A stretch of DNA of 64,000 nt from an uncultured Gammaproteobacteria bacterium (GTDB taxonomy: Bacteria; Patescibacteriota; Patescibacteriia; UBA9934). A program made the translations under genes and the position numbers. Location of the stretch: the NCBI GenBank assembly GCA_964452565.1, contig CAYVLY010000003.1:22555-86554 (forward strand). Direction: 5' to 3'. Within the stretch, counting starts at the first letter, position 1, and every line of letters begins with the position of its first letter. This document shows, in pieces, positions 34,222-43,305 of this stretch. Under the pieces are notes generated by a model, which saw only the letters and a program-made list of their open reading frames with translations, was not told the origin of the DNA and did no database searches.

Positions 34222-37200
34222 ATGAGATATATAAAGACAAGATCACTTGCCTTATTCATTTGTAATGTTTCAGTCATTGCAGTATTTGTGTTTCTTGCTG
34301 GAGTTTTGTGGGTCAATAATGCTGAAGCTGCTGTTGTAACTTGGGAGGGAGATGTTGATAATAATTGGAGCACTGATGGCAACTGGGATACTGGAACGGC
34401 TCCTACTTCGATCGATGTTGCGACATTTGTGGACGCCTATGATGCAAACTGCGATATTGATGCCACGATTAATGTCAAAGGAATTGATATAAACACCGGA
34501 TACGCCGGCACAATCACGCAGCAGACAGGTTCTGATATAACAGTTGGAACTAGTGATTTTGCCCAGGATGCGGGTACATTCACAGGAAGTAGTAATGCTT
34601 CTGACGACATTACCATCAATGGTGACCTTACCGTAGGAAGTAATTTTACATCTACTAAAGGAACTTTGTATTTGGCTGGAATAGTTAATATCACAGGAAC
34701 ATTTACCCACAACAGCGGAACAGTAGAAGCTATTTTTGCTTCTGGAAGTACAGATACTGATTTTAATAATGCGGCGACTTTGTATAACTTCATTGTTAAC
34801 AAATCAAGCTGGGACGTAAATTTGAGCGGTCAGACTATCATAGTGGAAGGCACGCTAACTTTGACAGATGGAGCAGTTAACAATGGCACGATTGAGATGC
34901 AAGGAGTAACAACAACGGTTGGTACAGATGCGGGTAATGGAAATGCTGATATCGAGTTCACACAATCTGCTACCCAGACACTTACATGTAGTGCCACTTA
35001 TTTCCAATATAAGATAACCGTTAACAAAGCCGGAGGATCCTTTGACTTTGGTTCAAATATTGATACATCAACCGATGCCAGTGCAGACTTTGTACTTACA
35101 TTAGGAACAGTTAATCTTGGCAGTTATACATTAAATGTTCATGATGATATACAAATCGATGGCGGAACGTTTAATAGTAATACAGGAGATGTTATAACAG
35201 ATGATCTAAGAATTAATGCTGGTACCTTTGAAGCTCCTGACGCTAGTGGTTCCTTGGCAATTTCTGGCGTCCTTGTGGTAGATGGTACATTCACCCATAA
35301 TGACGGAACAGTTACGCTTGATGACACAACAGCTGCTGGAGATGTAGATATTTATGATGCTGTTACTTTTAAAAACCTTGTATTAAACAAAACGGGCGGC
35401 TGGGGATTGAATTTGAGAACCATAACCATCATTGTGACAGACACATTGACTGTTACAGATGGGTACATCAACAACGGTACGCTCGAGATGCAGGGAGCAA
35501 CAACAACTATTGGCGCTAATGCTGACAATGGAAATGCTGACTTTGAGTTCACACAATCAGCCACTCAGACACTTACGTGTAACGCAACTTACTTCCAATA
35601 CAAAATAATCGTTAACAAAGCCGGAGGATCCTTTGACTTTGGTTCAAATATTGATACATCAACCGATGCCAGTGCAGACTTTGTACTTACATTAGGAACA
35701 GTCAATCTTGGCGGTTATACATTGGATGTTCAAGACCTTATACAAATCGATGGCGGAACGTTTAATAGTAATACAGGAGACATTATAACTGATAATTTGA
35801 CGATTAATGGTGGTACATTTGAAGCTCCTGACGCAAGTGGTTCTTTGACTATTTCCGGAGACCTAAGAGCGACTGGTACATTTACTCACAACGATGGTAC
35901 GGTCACGTTTGATGACACAACAGCTGGCGGAGAAGTAAATATCTATAATGCTGTCACATTCAAAAACCTTGTATTAAACAAAACAAGTGGCTGGGGGTTG
36001 AATCTAAGAACCACAACAACTATTGTTACAAATACACTTACCGTGACAGATGGTTACGTCAACAACGGTACCTTGCAGCTGCAAGGGGCAACAATAACGG
36101 TTAATGCAGATGACAATGGAACTGCTGACTTTGAGTTTACAGGATCTGCTACGCAGACATTTACCTGTGGCGCAACTTACTTCCAAAACAAAATAATTGT
36201 CAACAAAGCCGGAGGATCCTTTGATTTTGGTTCAGATATTGATGTTAGTACTGATGGAAATGCAGATTTTGTGCTTACAACAGGAACAGTCAATCTTGGC
36301 AGTTATACATTAGACCTTCACGATGACTTGCAAATCGATGCCGGAACATTTAATGGTGGTTCAGGGGATATTGTAGCCAATGACGTTTTAATCAATGGTG
36401 GTACATTCGAAGCTCCAGATGCCAGTGGATCATTAACTCTTTCAAAGGTCCTCACCGCTGTTGGCACCTTTTCTCACAACAATGGGACGGTAACATTTGA
36501 TGATACAGTATCCGGTGGAGACGCGGATGTTAATCAGGCAGTTACGTTTAATAATCTCGCAGTTAACAAGCCTGGCTGGGGGCTACAGCTTAGTTCACAG
36601 ACCATTGTTGCTGAAGGGGCACTAACCATGACAGACGGTAGATTCAATAGCGGAACTGTGCAGGCGCAAGGAAATGTTACTGTTGCATCAGCCTGGGATA
36701 CTGATACAAGCACAACATTGCAGTTCACTAGCAGCAATGTGCAAAGCTTTGATTTAACAGGTGCTACAGGTGCTTTTAACGCTGATATTGTTATTAATAA
36801 GTCCGGAGGGTCTGTTCAGCTAGCCTCAGATTTGACAATGAATCAGTCAGACCAAGACCTGACTATTGTTGAAGGAACTTTTGATCTTAATGGTTACGAT
36901 CTTGATATCAACGACCAAGCAAATAGTGACTTCGATATTGAAGATGGAGGGGTACTTAGGTGGCAGGGCTCGGAAACATTGTCAGTAAATACTGGTGACC
37001 CCACGCTTGCATCTGGAAGTCAAGTTATCTATGACCCGACTTCGGGGACTGTCTCACTACAGGATTGGACATATCATCATCTAGAAGTAGTAGGTACTGG
37101 TGGTGCGGTTGTGCAGATGGGATCTACGGAAACTATAGCTGGGAATTTAACAATAACGTCAGGAATACTTGATGTAAACGGCTCTGGTCTCACGGTTAGT

Positions 37201-40200
37201 GGAACATTTAGTAATTTAGGCACATTGAGAATCCAGGGTGATGAGACATTGTCTTTAACCAATGATACTGACAGTGGAACCATTGAATTTGTAGGAGATG
37301 GAGATAGCGCAGCAGATGCTTACAACATGCTTAATTGGACCTTTAATAACCTCTCAGTTAATTTTACTGACAGCGCTGATTCAATCAATGGTCAGTATTT
37401 AACTGGCACAAACACCATGGCAAATAATCTATGGTCATATTGGAATTTGGATGATGGGTCAGGATCAACTGCAACTGACCAGTCAGCAAATACGAATAAT
37501 GGAACACTTAATAATATGGAGGAAGGGGACTGGATTACATCTGATTTAGCGCCTCTTACCTTCACAAATACCAATGGTTTAGTTTTCGATGGCGGAACTA
37601 GTAATGAATATGTTGAATTTACTAGTGATGCAGCCTTCAATGACAGATCAGTTTCACTCTGGTTCAAAACATCTGACACGTCATCCAGGCAGGTGTTATT
37701 TCAAGAGGGAGGGACATCTAATGGAATGAATATTTATATAGATGGAGGAAAAGTTTATGGTGGCTCCTGGGGGAGTGGGATAAATTCAGTATTCCTGTCC
37801 GGAAATATTAGCGCAGATACTTGGACAAATGTAATTTTAACATTTGACGATACTGGAAATCTTGAATTGTTTATAGGCAATGTAAGCCAAGGAACATCTG
37901 CAACTGGTGGATCTATGCCAGCACATACCGCACAAGATTCTTTGGCGGCAAAGCTAGGTGATACAAAGTATCACGATGGTACCAGTAATGGTAACGGTCA
38001 TTATTTCAATGGTCGCATGGACGAGGTCAGAGTTTATGAGCGCGTTGTTACTAGTGCCGAACGAATAGCACTTGCGGCAGGAAGTAATGATAGCCGTACT
38101 TCAACACCACTGAGCTCTCTAACAGTTAATAGTAATTTTACTCAGGCTGGCGGAACCTTTACTGCACCAACAGGAACAATGACGGTGAAGGGGAACTTTG
38201 CTAATACTGGTGGAACATTTACACACAACAGCGGAACAGTAGCATTGTCTGATTCAGGTGTTGCAACAACTGTCTCTGGAAACACGACATTTAACAACCT
38301 GTCAATGACGACTAATGGAGATACAATCACATTTACGCATACTACAACAACAACTGTGGCAGGTACATTTACAGTAACTGGTGCGTCAGGTCAGCAAATA
38401 ACTCTAGCTAGTTCAGACCCAGGTACCACTTGGCTTTTAAATGTTTCCGGAACAAGTTCCGTTGACTACGTACATGTTACAGATTCAGATGCAAGTGGTG
38501 GCAATGCCATCACACATGTTGATGTTGCTCATTCTACTGATAATGGGAATAATACCAACTGGGGCTTTAATGTTGCTCCAACAGTTACATCTGTTACAGC
38601 AGTTCAAGAATCAGACGGAACTGTCACAATTACATTCATCATGGATGATGGCGATGATGATAATACCCTAGAAGCCCTTGTTCAATACAATGTAGGTGGA
38701 GGGAATACAAAGGCGACTCTTAGCGAGACAGATGGAGATACTTCTGCAACATATGGAGATCCAAAAGTAGAGAATGATGATACTTATCAAGTTGGTAATG
38801 CCTCTGGATATATAACAAGTTCATCTGGAGCTAATACAGTGACGACGCAATGGAATGCATCTACAGATGAAACAGGGATAGATATTTCTACTGCAACCAT
38901 CACGGTTACTCCATACGATGGAACTGAAGCAGGAACACCATCTTCTAGTTCAAACTTTTCATTAGATCTCACGGCTCCAACAGTATCATCAGCGTCCTAC
39001 AAGGATACAAATGCAGATGGAACAGTGGATCGAGTGGATATTGTGTTTAATGAAAACGTTTCACTGGGAAGCTATAATACAGCAGACTGGTCATTCTCAG
39101 AACAAGGAACAATAACATTAGATGACTCTGGAGCGTCTGCTTCTACCGATACCATATTATTAACAGTCACGGCAGATGCTAACGAAACAGGAGGAGCAAC
39201 CGCGCCAACAGTGCTATATACAAATGCTGCGGGTAGATTAACAGATGCATACAATAATGCGGTTGCAACATTTGGAGCTGCGCAGACAGTTACTGACGCT
39301 GCTTCTCCGCGCATGAACCAGATTGGGTATAGGGATTCAGATGCAGATGGGCAGATAGATTCCGCAGTTCTAGCATTCTCAGAGACGGTAACCATTGTTT
39401 ATGACGATGGAGATTGGGTTACGGTAGCTAATGACCTGACAAACATGGACGTTTCAGCGATTGCTTCAGGAAACGGAACATCAAGTGTCACATTTACTGC
39501 AACAGCCGCAGCAGACATCACAGGGGGCTCTACACAACCAACAATTGCGTTTACTCCAACAACTGGATCTATTCAGGACTCAGCTACAAACGCTGCAACA
39601 GCATTTAGTGCAACATCATTTGTAGACGAGGCAAAGCCAGTAATCTTAACCTCAACTCCAACGGATACATCTACTGTTCAATCACGAACGAATGCTATTG
39701 TCTGGAATTTCTCAGAGGCAATGGCTACTGGTGGAGGATGGGTGCATGCCTCAGAGTTTACCTCGACCCCAAACCCAGGAGGATGGGGAACTGCTTCTTG
39801 GAGTAATAGTGATAAAACTGTAACTGTTTCACATGCTCCATTCTTATGTATTACAGATTATTCAATAGCGACAGATGATACTGTTATAGCTGCCGCTGCG
39901 GGGGAGACTGGATACACAGCATTGGATGACTCTGCTTCAGCCCCAATTGGAACAGCTTTAACCTTCACGACCATGACTTGCACAGGGACAAGCTCAAGCC
40001 AGGCGTCTCAAGTCGCAGATACAATGAGTTATCCTGTTACAGATGATATTGATGTTGCAGATGGTGCAGGAGCGGCTGATGAGGATGAATGTTCTGGCGT
40101 AGAGCCAGGGGCAAAGATTAAATTATCCTGGTCAGTGACTTCTAGTGTTGGGTTTGTGAATCTGTACTATTCAACAGATCAGGGTGAGACTTACGCCACC

Positions 40201-40998
40201 ATTGCAAGTCAAGCTACAAACTCTGGAAGTTACTCATGGATAGCGCCAGAAGGTCTTTCTGAGGCATCTGATATACAATTCAAGATTGAGGGAACTGACC
40301 TTGTTGAAATAACAAGTACTTATGAAACTGGATTAATGGATATATGTGAGGTAGAAGAAGTGGATGAAGATGACGATGCTGTCGATGATGCCGATGACAC
40401 AGCAGATGCCGCTGATGGTGAAGAAGAGGCAGAGGAGATTGTTGTACCGATTGGAATGGCGATTGAATCAGCCTTTGGTGATAAATGGACAAAGGAAGTG
40501 GCAAAAAGAGAAATAGATACGTCAGAGTTCCCAGTACAGGAAGTTGCCATTGGTTCACTTGTGAAGCTCGTAGATGATGGAGACCCAGCAACGCAGGCGG
40601 ATTCAGCAGTCTATTACGTTGGCGCCGATCAACGAAGACATCCATTCCCCAATGAATCGGTGTACAGTACATGGTTCACGACTTTTCACGGTATAAAAAC
40701 CATTGAACAGGAAACAATGTCCGCGATTCCAATGGGACCCATGGTTACTTATAGGCCAGGTTCGACCCTTGTGAAGTTCCCGTCTGTAAATAAGGTTTAT
40801 GCTATTGATGCTGACGGTTCACTGCGATGGATCGCAACAGAGGAGCTTGTAGAAGAATTGTATGGAGACGAGTGGAATAAATTTATAGTAGATATTTCAG
40901 AAGCCTTCTATTCAAGTTACGAATTTGGAACCAGCTTAAGCTCTATGGAGGACATGACCTGGGATACAGTGATGGCATTATACGCAGCGAATAAGTAG
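34222..40998 (+). CDS. Giant cell-surface protein (about 2259 aa): N-terminal signal anchor, three 198-aa tandem beta-rich repeats, LamG/concanavalin-like lectin domain, further Ig-like repeats, acidic D/E stretch
   Basis: Single uninterrupted ORF with hydrophobic N-terminus IAVFVFLAGVLWV. A LamG_3-like region starts at WSYWNLDDGSGSTATDQSANTNNGTLNN and ends at FNGRMDEVRVYERVVTSAERIALAAG. DEDDDAVDDADDTADAADGEEEAEE lies near the C-terminus. Confidence 0.8.
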   Translation: MRYIKTRSLALFICNVSVIAVFVFLAGVLWVNNAEAAVVTWEGDVDNNWSTDGNWDTGTAPTSIDVATFVDAYDANCDIDATINVKGIDINTGYAGTITQQTGSDITVGTSDFAQDAGTFTGSSNASDDITINGDLTVGSNFTSTKGTLYLAGIVNITGTFTHNSGTVEAIFASGSTDTDFNNAATLYNFIVNKSSWDVNLSGQTIIVEGTLTLTDGAVNNGTIEMQGVTTTVGTDAGNGNADIEFTQSATQTLTCSATYFQYKITVNKAGGSFDFGSNIDTSTDASADFVLTLGTVNLGSYTLNVHDDIQIDGGTFNSNTGDVITDDLRINAGTFEAPDASGSLAISGVLVVDGTFTHNDGTVTLDDTTAAGDVDIYDAVTFKNLVLNKTGGWGLNLRTITIIVTDTLTVTDGYINNGTLEMQGATTTIGANADNGNADFEFTQSATQTLTCNATYFQYKIIVNKAGGSFDFGSNIDTSTDASADFVLTLGTVNLGGYTLDVQDLIQIDGGTFNSNTGDIITDNLTINGGTFEAPDASGSLTISGDLRATGTFTHNDGTVTFDDTTAGGEVNIYNAVTFKNLVLNKTSGWGLNLRTTTTIVTNTLTVTDGYVNNGTLQLQGATITVNADDNGTADFEFTGSATQTFTCGATYFQNKIIVNKAGGSFDFGSDIDVSTDGNADFVLTTGTVNLGSYTLDLHDDLQIDAGTFNGGSGDIVANDVLINGGTFEAPDASGSLTLSKVLTAVGTFSHNNGTVTFDDTVSGGDADVNQAVTFNNLAVNKPGWGLQLSSQTIVAEGALTMTDGRFNSGTVQAQGNVTVASAWDTDTSTTLQFTSSNVQSFDLTGATGAFNADIVINKSGGSVQLASDLTMNQSDQDLTIVEGTFDLNGYDLDINDQANSDFDIEDGGVLRWQGSETLSVNTGDPTLASGSQVIYDPTSGTVSLQDWTYHHLEVVGTGGAVVQMGSTETIAGNLTITSGILDVNGSGLTVSGTFSNLGTLRIQGDETLSLTNDTDSGTIEFVGDGDSAADAYNMLNWTFNNLSVNFTDSADSINGQYLTGTNTMANNLWSYWNLDDGSGSTATDQSANTNNGTLNNMEEGDWITSDLAPLTFTNTNGLVFDGGTSNEYVEFTSDAAFNDRSVSLWFKTSDTSSRQVLFQEGGTSNGMNIYIDGGKVYGGSWGSGINSVFLSGNISADTWTNVILTFDDTGNLELFIGNVSQGTSATGGSMPAHTAQDSLAAKLGDTKYHDGTSNGNGHYFNGRMDEVRVYERVVTSAERIALAAGSNDSRTSTPLSSLTVNSNFTQAGGTFTAPTGTMTVKGNFANTGGTFTHNSGTVALSDSGVATTVSGNTTFNNLSMTTNGDTITFTHTTTTTVAGTFTVTGASGQQITLASSDPGTTWLLNVSGTSSVDYVHVTDSDASGGNAITHVDVAHSTDNGNNTNWGFNVAPTVTSVTAVQESDGTVTITFIMDDGDDDNTLEALVQYNVGGGNTKATLSETDGDTSATYGDPKVENDDTYQVGNASGYITSSSGANTVTTQWNASTDETGIDISTATITVTPYDGTEAGTPSSSSNFSLDLTAPTVSSASYKDTNADGTVDRVDIVFNENVSLGSYNTADWSFSEQGTITLDDSGASASTDTILLTVTADANETGGATAPTVLYTNAAGRLTDAYNNAVATFGAAQTVTDAASPRMNQIGYRDSDADGQIDSAVLAFSETVTIVYDDGDWVTVANDLTNMDVSAIASGNGTSSVTFTATAAADITGGSTQPTIAFTPTTGSIQDSATNAATAFSATSFVDEAKPVILTSTPTDTSTVQSRTNAIVWNFSEAMATGGGWVHASEFTSTPNPGGWGTASWSNSDKTVTVSHAPFLCITDYSIATDDTVIAAAAGETGYTALDDSASAPIGTALTFTTMTCTGTSSSQASQVADTMSYPVTDDIDVADGAGAADEDECSGVEPGAKIKLSWSVTSSVGFVNLYYSTDQGETYATIASQATNSGSYSWIAPEGLSEASDIQFKIEGTDLVEITSTYETGLMDICEVEEVDEDDDAVDDADDTADAADGEEEAEEIVVPIGMAIESAFGDKWTKEVAKREIDTSEFPVQEVAIGSLVKLVDDGDPATQADSAVYYVGADQRRHPFPNESVYSTWFTTFHGIKTIEQETMSAIPMGPMVTYRPGSTLVKFPSVNKVYAIDADGSLRWIATEELVEELYGDEWNKFIVDISEAFYSSYEFGTSLSSMEDMTWDTVMALYAANK
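34850..36450 (+). repeat. Three tandem intragenic repeats of about 594 nt (198 aa); copies 1 and 2 are near-identical at the DNA level
   Basis: For example, 35016-35110 and 35610-35704 are identical except for single bases. A third, more diverged copy begins near 36201. Confidence 0.7.
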
Positions 40999-41120
40999 AT
41001 AAAGCAAAACACCCTGAGCGAAGTCGAAGGGTGTTTTTGATCGATTATTTTTAGTTGAACCATTTTAGTTCAACTAATAAAATTGAACTAAAATTTTGCG
41101 CTAAAATTAGCTCAGAAATC

Positions 41121-41149
41121 TTGACAAAAGCACAATTTTGTGCTATTTT
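41121..41149 (+). promoter_or_regulatory. Consensus promoter TTGACA-17-TATTTT with the perfect palindrome GCACAATTTTGTGC in the spacer
   Basis: TTGACA at 41121-41126, palindrome at 41130-41143, and -10 at 41144-41149. AAGGGGGAA RBS then ATG 41222. Confidence 0.5.
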
Positions 41150-41221
41150 TTGGCTAGTTTCTTTCTTAAGGTTTCTAAACGGCTAACAACGGCCAATATT
41201 AAAAAGCAAAAAGGGGGAACG

Positions 41222-41536
41222 ATGTTCTACTTCGATATCCTGGTCAGCGGTGTGGTGTCCACGGCGATCTCGCCATACGTCTGGGCGCTGCTCTACCTGC
41301 TGTTCATGATGCGCATGCGCCATAGCGTTGATGAGTTCGGCGCATTCGTTCTCTGGGCGCTCGTTTTGCTGGCCGGATGCCTGGTTGGCGTCTGGGCAGA
41401 AAATGCCGGGTGGAGTGAGCACAGGCAGATGTCACAAGAAGACTACGTTGTGATGATAGTCTTCGCGCTGGTGGTACCGCTGCTCATCGGCATGGTGCTG
41501 GCAGGTGTCGCGCGCATGACATCCACCCACCAGTGA
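41222..41536 (+). CDS. GC-rich small integral membrane protein (cassette G4, 104 aa, 3 TM helices)
   Basis: GC-rich ORF with an RBS-supported start, flanked by its own promoter and terminator. Confidence 0.55.
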   Translation: MFYFDILVSGVVSTAISPYVWALLYLLFMMRMRHSVDEFGAFVLWALVLLAGCLVGVWAENAGWSEHRQMSQEDYVVMIVFALVVPLLIGMVLAGVARMTSTHQ

Positions 41537-41554
41537 TCACCTACAAGCTGTCCT

Positions 41555-41583
41555 CAGACCTGGTCCCAGACAAGGTCTTTTCC
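41555..41583 (+). terminator. Terminator agacc…ggtct plus tttt after G4
   Basis: Stem-loop and T-run followed by the ftsE -10 (TATAAT). Confidence 0.5.
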
Positions 41584-41609
41584 GTTCTATGATATAATAA
41601 CCCAGCAAT

Positions 41610-42293
41610 ATGATTCGATTTTCTAATGTTAGCAAGCACTATCCGCCAAGCACAAAGGCTTTGCGGCATGTTAGCTTGCATATAAAACCAGGTGAGTTTA
41701 TATCTGTTGTTGGGCAGAGTGGATCAGGTAAAACAACTCTAGCAAAGCTTTTGTTTGCAGAAGAAAAAGCAACAAAGGGAAAGATCGTAATTGGAGATTG
41801 GGACATCAGCAGAATACGTCAGTCAGAGGTGCCAGATCTTCGCAGACAGATAGGTGTTGTGTTTCAGGACTTTAAGTTACTGCCACGAAAGACGGTTTTA
41901 GAGAATGTGAAATTCGCGCTTGAGGTAGCCGGCGAGTCACGCTCACGTATTCACAAAATTGTTCCTCAAGTATTAAAAATCGTTGGGCTTTCAGATAAGC
42001 ATGCTCGGTATCCACGCCAATTGTCAGGCGGTGAGCAGCAACGAGTATCAATTGCGCGCGCTCTAGTTCATCGGCCAAAGATCCTTGTAGCAGATGAGCC
42101 AACTGGAAATCTCGATACCATTCATGCGCATGAGATTATCCAACTTCTTAAAAAGATCAACGAATACGGAACTACAGTTGTTTTGGTAACACATGATCGA
42201 GATATAGTTAATGCACTTAAAAAACGCGTGGTGACAATTGCGGATGGAAAAATCGTTTCTGACATTGAGCGCGGTAAATACATTCTCTCATGA
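41610..42293 (+). CDS. ftsE: Cell-division ABC transporter ATP-binding protein FtsE-like
   Basis: Walker A GQSGSGKTT, ABC signature LSGGEQQR and Walker B ILVADEP. Length 227 aa. Confidence 0.85.
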   Translation: MIRFSNVSKHYPPSTKALRHVSLHIKPGEFISVVGQSGSGKTTLAKLLFAEEKATKGKIVIGDWDISRIRQSEVPDLRRQIGVVFQDFKLLPRKTVLENVKFALEVAGESRSRIHKIVPQVLKIVGLSDKHARYPRQLSGGEQQRVSIARALVHRPKILVADEPTGNLDTIHAHEIIQLLKKINEYGTTVVLVTHDRDIVNALKKRVVTIADGKIVSDIERGKYILS

Positions 42294-43210
42294 GTTTACC
42301 TTTATCAACTGCTAGGGTTATTAAGTTTACATTCCAGAACATTTTTAGAAACTTCTGGCTGTCTTTTATAACTCTAACAATTTTTGTCTTAACCCTGATA
42401 ACGATCAACGCAGTACTATTCATGAATGTAGTTGCAGAGTCGGTTCTCGAGGCGGTTGAGCAAAAGGTAGAGGTGACATTCTACTTCACACCAGATGCAT
42501 CTGAGGATATTGTTACTTCAGCGCAAGGTTATCTACGTGGATTTTCGCAGGTACGAGATGTAGAGTATGTTTCAGCTGATGAGGCACTGGAGCTTTTTAA
42601 AGAACGTCATGCAGATGACGAGGTGATACTTTCGTCACTTGATGAAGTTGGAGATAACCCATTTGGGCATTCGCTTGTAGTCACAACTCAGTCAACGGAT
42701 GACTTTGATTTTATCTCAGATGTGATGGAAACGCCTGAGTTCACCCCTTATATCAAAGAGCAGGACTTCACTGACTATGAGCAAGTTATTGAGAAGATAG
42801 AAACGCTCAATACCCGGATTGGCTATGCTGGATTTGCACTGGCTGGATTATTTGGACTAATCGCAATAATGATTATCTTTAACACCATTCGTGTTGCGAT
42901 TTACGTTCATCGCGATGAGATTGGAATCATGAAGTTGGTTGGAGCAAATGACTGGTTTGTGCGTGGGCCATTCATACTTGAGGCCTTACTCTATAGTTTC
43001 TGTGCAACAGTTGTGATGATCGCGATTACATTCGGACTTTTAGGTGCATCAAGAAATCAAATCACAGATTACTTCGGTGATGCCGGTGAGAGTATATTTT
43101 CGTATTTCCAAGACAATGCACTATTTATCTTTGGTTGGCAGTTCCTAGCTCTGGCGCTCTTGAGCCTTTTGACCACCGCATTTGCGATGAGGAAGTATTT
43201 GAAAACTTAG
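42290..43210 (+). CDS. ftsX: FtsX-like permease (4 TM helices with a large extracytoplasmic loop)
   Basis: FtsX topology and the MKLVGANDWFVRGPF motif. It is translationally coupled (ATGA) to ftsE. Confidence 0.8.
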   Translation: MSLPLSTARVIKFTFQNIFRNFWLSFITLTIFVLTLITINAVLFMNVVAESVLEAVEQKVEVTFYFTPDASEDIVTSAQGYLRGFSQVRDVEYVSADEALELFKERHADDEVILSSLDEVGDNPFGHSLVVTTQSTDDFDFISDVMETPEFTPYIKEQDFTDYEQVIEKIETLNTRIGYAGFALAGLFGLIAIMIIFNTIRVAIYVHRDEIGIMKLVGANDWFVRGPFILEALLYSFCATVVMIAITFGLLGASRNQITDYFGDAGESIFSYFQDNALFIFGWQFLALALLSLLTTAFAMRKYLKT

Positions 43211-43305
43211 ACCATCCCGATACGAAGGTGAGGGATCCCGGCTGGCTTAGTGATTATCGGCCAGCCATTGAAAAATACAGCGTTTTCTGTTAGTCTAATC
43301 GACCT

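Noticed and set aside
34850-36450. CRISPR array
   Set aside because: The only regularly spaced repeats in the window are the 594-nt coding repeats of the giant protein. They are in frame and protein-coding, far longer than CRISPR repeats, and no cas genes are present.
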